This document shows, piece by piece, positions 39,870 to 50,794 of a stretch of DNA of 64,000 nucleotides. This DNA comes from Takakia lepidozioides (Eukaryota > Plantae > Bryophyta), in contig CM060731.1 in the NCBI GenBank assembly GCA_030704615.1, positions 11,346,001 to 11,410,000 of the forward strand, written 5' to 3'. A program made the position numbers and the translations under genes. A model generated the notes under the pieces. It ran no database searches. It saw only the letters and a program-made list of their open reading frames with translations, and was not told where the DNA came from. How positions within the stretch are numbered: position 1 is the stretch's first letter; each line of letters opens with the position of its first letter.

Positions 39870-42800
39870 ATTTATTTATTTTTATTTTTATTTTTATTTT
39901 TAGAATAGGGAACTGAGGTCCTGGAGAATTTATTCCAAAAAAGCGGAATACAAAGAAAGTGAGGAAAAAATAACCTCACTAGGGAAACCATGAGGAAGAT
40001 AAAGGAGCTTTGCCCCGTAACCAAAACTAGGAAGCCTGCAGAGGCTAAGGATAAGAGCGTTGCAGGTGGGGGATGTCTAGGGCCTGGAAGAGGCGAAGGA
40101 AAGATGCGCCTTGGGCTTGCCCTTCCGAAGGGTGGTGCGCCACTTGACGTCAGAGTCTTCTGGTTCAGCTGACTGCTGGGCGGTCTCGTCTCCATTTTGT
40201 GTGATGATTGTTGGATGGGGAATTGGGGATGATAGTAAGGGCACGGCGTATGGTATGATGGGTATTAAGGTGAGAGGTCCAGGCGCGTTTTTGTGAGCGG
40301 GTAAGGTATCCTCCATTTTGTTTGGATCGGGTAGTCTGGGGGAGGTCCTGACAGGTATGAGGGAGTGGGCTGGGCACATGGGGAACCAGGTCCGTGGGAT
40401 ATGTGGGCATAAAGGTGCATATCGAGTAAACATAGTGACGATGTGAGTAGACATAGTGATAATGCGCCGGGGGTGTGATGATGCTAAGATCTGGTTGTGC
40501 GTGGATTTTGGAGTATTGGTGGGCAGATGTGGGGTAACATATACTTGTGGCAGTTGGAGAAATAGGGGGAGGTGAAGGGATGGAACGGCAGGTATAGTGT
40601 CTAGACCAGAGCTGTGGATGTAGGACCATTCAAAGTATGGGGAAACCAATCAAGTATAGTGGTGTGGTGGGCACCAGCCTGACCAATAGTCTGATTGGCA
40701 TAACAAGCAAGCTGTAGAGTAGTGGGGGCCTCACAAAGTACTGAGTATGGCATGTACCCCACTTCTTCTAACTAGGTATTGGTGATGTAGATGGATGGTA
40801 GAGACACCATGAAGATGCGGGCAGACAAGTATACAGACGCCAATTGTAGCTTATCAGACTCGTAGCAAAGCTGGTGGGCAGCAGGGGTGATTTCCATTGT
40901 ATGTTGAGAGACACAGGAAAGGTAATGTGGCAGTTGCTTGTGATGACAAGTGCCCAGTATGGTGAGGGCAGCCTGTTGGTGCAGGGGCAGGTCGTAGGAG
41001 ACGTCTTGGCGGAGGGGGACCAGCCCCATGTCTGACTGTGAGCTTGGAGGGCAGTGGCCACGCTTGTACGGATGGGTGCTGTCAGGTCTTGGGAGGGAGA
41101 ACCACTATTAAAGGCCACCCTGGTTACTGTGTACTGTACGAGTAAAAAAGAATGTGTGAGTCTGGGTGAGTATGGATTGGATATACAAAAAGTAGTGGGG
41201 CAGTAGAGAAGATGGATTACCGGGTAGCAGGGGTGGTAGTGGACAAGCAGAGCTCTGGCAAGCTCTTACTCTAGTGGGTAGTAGCACGGGTGGGGGGGAG
41301 ATGAGATTGGGTGAGGAGTAATAGATCGGGGGGCAACAAACAGTGGCAAGCAGCAGTGCTGAGGGGGAGATACATGAGAAGTATAAGGATCAAGAGGGGT
41401 TGTGAGGACATAACTGGGGGAGGCATTCAGCAGAGGGTGAGATTTGGGTGTGGTAATCTTCAGCACAAGGGGTGTGGCACAGTCAGGCTGGGAATAAATC
41501 TGGTAGAGGGCCCTGAGGATAATGAACCGAGTGTTGTACAACAAAGAAGTATTGGGGGTTGAAATTGGGGTAGTACGCATATTGATATAGAGTATTGGTG
41601 TAGTGAACATGGGTGGACCAAGGGGGGTAGAGTACCTGTGTGGAGCTGGTGAAGCATTGGGTACCTGCGGAGTATAGAAGAGCCAGAGAAGGATGTTGGG
41701 TACAGAACGTGCTGAATTGAGTGTTGCGATAAGAAGGTAGGAGGGGGGGGGGGGAGGTAGAGGTCTATTGTGCACTTGGAGTTCACAAAGAGCAGCAGGG
41801 GTTGAGTGTGGGCTTGATAGCAGTGCGTTTGAGCTGGCAGAGATGTGGCTGTTGTGGCGCTGAAACCAAGCAGGAGTTGGGAGGCCGGAGAAGACATCTG
41901 AGTGGTGTGGGGCCAAATGCGTTGGGTACCTGCTGAATCTGCTGAACCCACCCCAGCAGGCAACATAGTTAGTGGTGTGGAAGAGATACGAATTGTGTAG
42001 TATTGGGGAAAACACCTTTGTATCAATTAAAAGAAATAAATTGAATTGAGTATGGAGTGCCAGCATGGGCGTAATGAGGGGGGTGGGGAGGCAGCTCCAC
42101 CTGTTGTTACTCTGATTCCAATACGTATTGATCCTGTCTAGAGTACGTTGGGTGGTTTGTGGGGGTAGAAACATATTATCATGGGATGAGGGATCTGTAG
42201 CGAGAGGATGGGTATACTTGGAGTTAGATAACCGATGACATAGATGGGGATCAGTCCTGGGGGCAGGTGACCATGCAGAACTGGGCCGACTATGGATTAT
42301 TGGTTTAGGGAGGAGTTGAACACAAACATCCATAACCGTGGTGCCTGCCGGTAGAGATAGGGGCGTTAAGGGTAATGCGGCTGTGGCAATAGTGGAGCTA
42401 AGCCTGCTAGAAGCAGAGATCGTGAGAGAGTACCAGAAGGTTAAGGCACTTATCTTGAGGGAGTTCGAGCCATTTCGTCCAGGGCCAGCCGCACTGGCTG
42501 TAGCATAACCATGCTCTGGCAGGACCCCATAAAGGAAGGAGACAGTGTGGGGCCAGTGCAAAATAAAAATTATAACACGGGTGGTGGGAAGATTCAAGGT
42601 AGAGATACTTACAATAGTGGGGGCAGAGTGATGAGTAGTGAGCAGCAAGGGAGAAAAGCGGATCGTGTCCACCTGGGGTTGCTTACAAGGGAGCCCATTT
42701 GAGGTGACGAGTTTGCGCCCTGACAAGGAAGTCCGCTTGTGCACTACAAACCTTGGAAAGGGCCCTGTTGCCTTGAGAGAGATATGGGTACTGGTAGAAA

Positions 42801-43690
42801 GGGGGGTACCTGTTCCATGTGGTACATGTGGGGTTGTACATAGGTCGAGGAGGTTAGGAACGCTCCGTGTAGAGCCATAATGTGGAAGATGGGTGTTGAT
42901 GTAACTGAATGAGAGCGTGGCGCCTCGAGGGAAAGAGATGCACCATGTACCACTGTCCCAGACCATCTCGGAGGAGTCCACACTTGGGTGAACCCGCATC
43001 TTTGAACGCTTGCTTCTGTTAGAGGGAGGGTGATATCTAGCCAGTGGAGTCGTAGAAAGAAATAACTGGGCCAATGTCGATAGGTTCGGACAGCAGAGTG
43101 ATGGAAACCATGCGTGAGAGAGCACCAGCATCATACGTGAATCGCTCACGCCACCTTGGACTTGTGCAACGTTGCAGCTAATCCAGTGAGGTGATGAGGT
43201 ACAGGTGCAGAGAAACCTGTAGCTTGTGCACAGAATCTTAGAGCTATGGCACACGTAGAGCGAGGCTGGCCGTCGTGCAAACAGCGTGTAGTGGTGGGGC
43301 GGTAGCTGGTCAGGCCCGCCTGCGTACTCCGTAAAATGGGCGCTGATGGGAAAAAGCTCAATCGTGGTCTCCGGGGCCCAACGCAGACGATAATCCTGCG
43401 AGAGGTAGTTTAAACTCTACGTACTAGAGTGGTGAGAAGAGTGGGGGTGTGATAAGACCCAGATGCAGTGGGACAAGGTGAGAAACGGGGGGAAGAGACG
43501 AGTTGGGGAGCTATGGCGGCTGACCTCGCCAACATTGTTAGTCGTAGCTAGGATAGCAGACCCGCTAGTGAGAGCGTGTGAGATAGTGGAAATAAGAAGA
43601 AGGTTTAGCAGGAGCGCTAAGTTGGCGGATAGCAGAGAGGTTAGCCGGGAGGCGTGGAGGAGGGCGGCGCTCCGCCCTCCCACCATAGCT
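39870..43690 (-). mobile_element. C-rich retroposed segment with a long unknown ORF and an A-rich (TAAAAA)n 3' tail
   Basis: 662-aa ORF 41266-43254(-), with further P/H/T-rich coding-like frames down to ~40080. Minus-strand tail AATAAAAATAAAAATAAAAATAAATAAA at 39871-39903. Abrupt composition change at 39870. Confidence 0.55.
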
Positions 43691-43732
43691 CAGGCACGTT
43701 TCACCTGCATTATCAACCCCGCCTGTAAAAAA

Positions 43733-46175
43733 CTTGAAGCCTTACATCTTGCTTGTGAATCGGATCAACCTCTAGCCCTACTTATTTGGACTTCGAAAAA
43801 ACGTTCGACAATATGGATTGGGACTTCCTCTTGGGTGCTATGCACAAGCTAGGATTTTCAGGGAGCTTTCTTCAATGGGTCAAGATCCTGCTCTCTTCAG
43901 CTTCCAGCAAAGTCTTGGTGAATGGTGTCCTCTCCTCCGCCTTTCAATTACATCGTTCTGTTCGGCAAGTTTGCCCGTTGGCCCCCTTTCTTTTCTTGTT
44001 TGCGGCAGATTGTCTTGGACATCTTCTTGACTCAAGTTCGCACATACAGGGCCTTCAGATCCCCCGTTCGCTGCCTGCTCCTGCAACGATCAAAACTTTG
44101 CTATGATATTGTCATGTTGTTGAACAACGCCATGACATCGAATATTACGGCCGCGTTGCAGGCTCTTCATCTTTTCTGTATGACGTCAGGTCTTAGGGTT
44201 AATTGGCCTAAGTCAGTAGGGATCCTCTCAAAACAGCGTGTAGACTCGATAAACAACCATGCAGATGCTTGGGGCCATGATCTTGGCTTGCGTTGGCTTC
44301 ATAATGGGCAAGCCCACAAGCTGCTCGGGCACCTCATTGGTCACGATTTGACAGACTCTCAACGTTGTGAAGCAGTTATGAAGAACATCATGAAGCATTT
44401 TACCTACTGGAGTTCTCTTGGACTCTCAATTACAGGGCGAGCCTTAGTGGCTAACCAAGTGATTCTCGCATCCTCGTGGTTCTCCGCGGTAATCTGGTCT
44501 CCAGGCTCCGAGATTATCTACCAAATTAAAGTATTGGTTAGAAACTTCCTCTGGGGTGGAACAGCCCTCTCTCCGAATCGCAAAGCTCTGGTTAGCTTGG
44601 CTCAAATCACCCAGAAGAAAAAGCTGGGAGGACTTGGTATCATAGACCCTCTTGCTCAGATTACCTCCCTACTCGCAAAGTGGGTTCCCAGGATTTTCAC
44701 AAATCTTTCAGCTCCGTGGAGTCTGCTAGTCCGCCATCATGTCATGGATGCAGCTCCCACATCTGGAGTCTGGCCTAATTCCCTTCGTTGGATCGTGCAA
44801 GGCAAAAGTTCATTCAGAACTTATCCCTTGGGCTCCAAACTTTGGCAATCTATATGGGCTGCATGGATTCAATTGCCATCCACATTGGAAGAGGCCTTGC
44901 GTCAACCTTTTTTTGCGAACTTCAACTCCGATTCAGAGGTGCTTTTATTGGGAGCTAAAAAATGGAGTCATTGGGAGATGGCTGGAATTTCGCATCCATA
45001 TATGGGATCCTCCCAGCTTCCTCCCCAAAGACCTGGTCACCTCCCACCTCACTTCCAGAAGGGCAGGAGCTTGGGATTCACTGATTAAAGAGATACCCAG
45101 CTTTGGACTTCATTTCCCTCGGTTCAGGATGCACCAAGGCTGCTTCCAGCCTGGCTTGGGAAAGGTGCCCCCGGGTTTGCGCAGGTGGCCCTCTACGCCA
45201 TATCACGCCATGGCAACACTCTGGCGGGCTGGCAGTTTCAGGCTGATAGGGTTGGGGGCTTGTACCATCCATCGTTCAAGTATCTTCAAGAAGAAGGTCT
45301 CTTTGCGATTAGAGTGTTCTGCAGGATCTTGGGAGCTTGCAATCCTTCGCCGCCACCCAATATCAAACACTACTCTAGGTTCTTTCTGTTGGTTCCTTAA
45401 TGCACCGGTCACACACCTTCAGTTTGACCCTGCAGAGTGGAACTGGATGTCAACCCCTCACAAACCCTTCTTTAGCTATTCGGTCAAGCTTGGTTACAAT
45501 CTGCTGAGACCCCCGGCTCTCTTCTCTCACAAATGAAATAGTAAATGGGAGCATCTTCCACTGCCCTCACTGAAATGGAACTTGGTTTGGAAGGATGTTT
45601 GGAGGAAAAAAAGGGCTGCAAAAATAGGTGGATTTCTATGGAAGATTGTCAATCGTATCTTGTCAGTTTTCGCTCACATTTCGGATCCCCAGCTCCCCTA
45701 CTCCATCTGTAACTCGAATGGTCCAGAGACCATTGAGCATTTCCTGGTCCAATGCCCCCTGGCCTCACTAGTTTGGGCTGCTGTTAAGAGATTTTATGCT
45801 GATTGGTCACTAGACTTCTCTTCCCAGATTTCCGTTTTGCTCTTGAACATGCACAATGGTGCTTACTGGAGTACATGCCCTCTCTGGATAGCACTGCGAG
45901 CCCACACCTTGTGGAATATCTGGAAATGTAGGTGTTCCTGTGTTTATGAGGTTAAGGTACCAAGTGCTAAGATGGTATTGTATCGAATTCACAACGACCT
46001 TATGACTGAAGCGAGAAAATCGTGGAGCGTTTTGTGTGCAGCTGCTGCCAGAAGCTCTCAGAACAAGAGGTTGCAACTATTCGCTAACTTTGATAAGTCC
46101 TGGGGAAAAGGAGGCATTCTGTGCACAAGAGTTTCCGACTCATCGGTTGTCTGGAACAACCAACTCCCATCATGT
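43733..46175 (+). mobile_element. L1/Tx1-type LINE, 3' half of ORF2 (RT core, zf-RVT), frameshifted
   Basis: LEALHLA...DFEKTFDNMDW, SVRQVCPLAPFLF, SGLRVNWPKS, LSITGRALVANQV, GGLGIIDP, ETIEHFLVQC, LWNIWKCRC. Confidence 0.9.
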
Positions 46176-49100
46176 CCAATTACGGTGAACAACACCATAT
46201 TCTGAGTGACCCCCAGGAGGGCTTCCGAGCCACACGTAGCACACAACTCGTCAAATACAATACGTCCTCTCAGCCCTCGAAGATGCCAAGCTCACTAAAC
46301 AAGATATCTATCTCTTGTATATAGACTTTAAAAATGCCTTTGGATCCTTAGACCACGCTAGACTACTTGCCATCATGACGGACCTCCGTTATCCCATCGA
46401 TGCCATCCAACTCATTGGCAACATCTATACCAACAACACTACGGAATACTCCGGTTCATACTATGGTACCACCCTCCCCTATTTCTATCCTACGTTGTAC
46501 CATCCAGGGTGATACCCTCAGTCCATACCTCTTTATTATCTTTTTAGAACCTCTACTAAGATGGTTAGCACGCGGGAATCTCGGCTATCACTATAGAACC
46601 TCCCTCAATGAAATCTCCGCTGTCGCATACGCTGACGACCTCGCTATTCTAGCTCACAAACCCCAACACCTCAACCGGCAAGTCAGCAAGTTATCCCGCT
46701 TTAACTTATGGTCCGGCATGGAACTTAGCCTCCACAAGTGCGCTGTTACCGCAGCAACCCACCGTAGTAAATTAACAAAAACTGCGATGGCTTCTCATTG
46801 TAAACTTTACTAAACAACTCCTTCCCCTTTTTGGGACCCGATGAGCCTTACACATACTTAGGTATCCAGCTAGTTCCATCACTCACCTGGCATGTGCAAA
46901 AGACCACCACACTTGCTAAGCTCTCTAACAAAAGCCTGGCTCTTCTTAAATCCGCTGTCTCCATTAGACCCAAACTATCAATCATCAGCTCTGTGCTTAA
47001 GCCACAAGTCCAATACTCTTTTCACGCCGCTCCTTTCTCCCTACCAGATCTCAAAGTACTAGACAAACACATCACTCAACTAACCAAGCGAATATGTGGC
47101 TTACCTACCAGTACTCCTAGTGCCCTCACCCAACTCCCGACAGACTATTATGGCGTCGGCTCCAGCCCCCTGATTATTTTATATGCTCGAACCCTTGGTA
47201 CCCAGCTACAAGAAGCACTCAATGACCCTGGACGCCTATGACTTATTTACCACAGACTTCTTAAATTCCTAGCCCACAAATTCAATGGACTACAAGCCCT
47301 CCCATCTCTTCATTCCCAATCTTGCCTACACTCCCCCACGACACGTACACTACTCATCCTACGACAAATGCGTATCAGCATCCAAACCGACATACCCCGC
47401 TATCATAACACGAAACCACAGCTGGAACACACCTAAAATACCAGCCCCTCCCTCTCCCATTTTGAACGCCTTCATCCCCGCCAAAAGCGCTCCCTCCTCA
47501 CCTATTTCAAAGAACGACATATCACTCATCTCACCCAACTTACCACCGCCACAGGGACTCAACTTATAACCCCGGGAGCATTCACACTTAAACATTCTCG
47601 TGCCACAGCCAAAACATGCAAGTTCCTCCAATACCTACGTACTCTACTTTGCCACCCATCCGCATCATGTACCCTTGAATGCGATCTCCCATGCTCACTC
47701 TTTCCTCATACCCAACGCGACTTACTACCTGCCTACAGATCAGGCCCATCCCCCTCTATCCTCCACACGCTTAGGGCCTCCCAAACCGCAGGGACACTTG
47801 AAACTAGAGACACCCCATCCACATCCACCTCCCATATACCCTATCCCCACTCGGATAGGGACTCGTCACAGACCCCCCCCCCCCGCCTGCATCCACACGC
47901 CATTCCTTACGCAAACTACTTCCACCCCAGCTCCCACCTCACTTGATACTCCTGCAACTCATCATGACCACACAGATAACCCCGAAGCATATGTTATATC
48001 CTAGGTATTAAAACCCAAACTTCCACAGACTCATATGGGGCCACTTGTATTGATACCTATTACCTATGCCAATGGGCCGGCTACACAGCTGATGATAACT
48101 CATGGCAAATCGAGGATGACCTCTTTGGCTCACATGACGACTGCGACCCCGCCCACAATCTCACACTCCTCACCGCATTCCACAAACGTACCGACACTAA
48201 CTACCTCGCGCATACCCACCAACAAAATATCTCCCAAACCCAACCCAAAGATGCTCGACACGTACATCAACCACTTACTGCCCCCAACGTACACATACAC
48301 ATTACTGAATGCAATCCAGATAAGGATATCCTGCACACCTCCCCCACAATCTGTCAAGGCCCTCGCATGTCAACTATATACACCTTCTACGGCCGTTTTC
48401 TTGGCCTCATTCCCAATGACAGACTAGCTTGGCTATGGGCTAAATACTCTACTTCCTCCCCCTGTGATGCTCAAATCCACCCACCCCGACAAGACTTCGC
48501 TACCGAACTCAGTTGGTTTGCTACCCGCTACCTCCAAGACACTCCTCCCAAAAAACCCCGTTCCCTGACAAAACTAACACAAGCATTTGCTCATACTACC
48601 ATCCCCCTGGATATCCTCTCTCTGCTCATTACCACTTTTAGACTCACTCATTCATATTATTCCAGTCTACTTACGTGCCCGATGGAAATCACAACTTTTG
48701 CCAGCCCCCACCCCTGGGACTCCATCTTCGGAGCCACCGGACATGCCACCCAACACGCATGGGCAGGGAGGGGATTTGCCAACCCCCCTTCAGGCGCCCT
48801 CACACATGTGGCCCTCCAATGGGTCCGTATGGCCACACAATCCTCCTCATCAAGCATCACGATCCTTTTACTCACTCACCAAAAGCTACCCAACAGTCCC
48901 CACCCCCTCCTACGATTCCCACCCGGTGTAACACTCCTTGCCACTATCGAACCTAACCAACTCCGGTACATCCACACCCCGCCCCTCCCCAAATACCTTC
49001 GTTACAAAGAACCCACCCTTACCCTTATTCTTCATGTCCAAAATACCACACATTTCACCATACCTCCCACCTTCCCTGCCCTACTGGATCAACTCCTTAA

Positions 49101-50760
49101 GCGCACTCACAAGCTAAAAACCACCATCTACCCCCAGCATCTCACACACCCAGTCCTCACAATTCCACCTGGCCCACTCCCTAGGATTAACTTAAACAAG
49201 GCATGGAATAAGACGTTACCGCGCCCGTCCCCTGCCCCTCCTACCCTCCCCCCGCTCCTCCCATCCTACTGCCAATCTATACCTCCCAAATATCCGCCAT
49301 CCCACTCCCACTACACCGACGGCTCCCTCAATGGCTCCCACGCAGGATATGGAGTATACCATGCCGCTACCGATCAGGGCTCTGCTCACAGACTTCCTGG
49401 TTCTGCCACTATACTTCGTGCAGAACTAATGGCAATATTTGAAGCGCTCACCCAACTATCCTCATTCCCTCCTCCACATTATATCTTCACAGACAGCCTC
49501 ACCTCGCTCTTTCTCATCCGTAACCACCTCTCTTGCCCATCTTCTCACCATTATCACTCTGACCGTAATCTCATCACAACCATCGCCAACCTAGCTATCT
49601 CCATCAACCAACCCATTCACTTTATCAAAGTGCATGCACACGCAGGTATCCGGGGGAATGAGGCTGCCGACCTTCTTGCCCAGGAAGGTGCCGACGAACC
49701 CCCTGTTGACCCTACCAATGATCCCATCCACATAGCACATACCCACCCATTCTGGCTAATACACCCCATACCTGACCCCCTTGAGCCCCGACCCATACGC
49801 AACCTTTTGAAATCCCTTACTCGAGAAGCCAATAAGCAAACCTCGGTATCTGCTAGCCACACTAAACTATACACACAAAAATAGACACAATCCGGTGTAC
49901 TCCATAACAAACTCTCGAACTACTTCTGGCACTCCAAAGCAGCTACTGACGCCCAAATCAAACAAACGCTTAAATTCCGATACGCACAATATATGGGACA
50001 TCAACGTAAACACATATTCTGGCCACGCCTCTTCCCATCCCCACACTGCCCCCTCTGTTCTCATACCCACCAGGAACGCGACACCTGGCCACACCTTCTT
50101 AGCCAATGTACACTTCCGGTCATCCATGGGTTTCGTATAACCCGCCATAATCAAGCAGTTTGGCACATCCATAAACTCCTCCTCCATCGCGCCGAGACAA
50201 GATGGTTCTCGCTAATCAATGCTGGTACTTACCAAGGACGACCCCCAGACCACACCGTCCCCCACTGGCTTCTCCCTTGTACTTGCTCCCACCCCCCGTG
50301 CACCTACCCCGCCAGACTATGCCCATACATCTTGCTTGTACATGGCCTACCCCTAAACTCCTCCCCACCCACCGCTCCAACCCCAAACCTCACCATCTAC
50401 TTTATTGAATTTACATACTGCCATGATCGATACCCCGCTGATTCAACGCTAGACAAACGGCTTAAATACGCGCCACTTATCCTTGCGCATCGACATAAGG
50501 GCTGGGTCACTCGCCCTTTGACGGTTATCACGGCTGGCACTCGAGGAGGCATTCATAATGCCAGTATCGATGCACTACACACTAACTTCAAACTCCCGAT
50601 CCTCTCCATTCATAAATGTTTCAAAGCAATACACCTCACAACCCTCCGCTCCCTCACAAGCATTATTACTAACAAACGTAAACTTGAATCTAACCCTTCT
50701 CTGGCTCCCGGGATACCTCGGGTACCCTAGGTACCCCACGGTACCGTTGCTCCTCTAGAC
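46176..50760 (+). mobile_element. 5'-truncated Dualen/RandI-like non-LTR retrotransposon: RT, chromodomain, N6A-MTase-like, RNase H, CCHC, restriction-like endonuclease
   Basis: RT: QEGFR, YIDFKNAFGSLDH, TIQGDTLSPYLF, AYADDL. RNase H: YTDGS, RAELMAI, IFTDSL, KVHAHAGIRGNEAADLLA. CCHC knuckle CPLC..HLLSQC, then RHNQAV, RLCPYILLV, IEFTYC, KRLKY. Mostly frame +1 with a few stops and frameshifts. Confidence 0.85.
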
Positions 50761-50794
50761 TCCTAGTGTCCTATGGACACCTTTTTTGAGAGGG

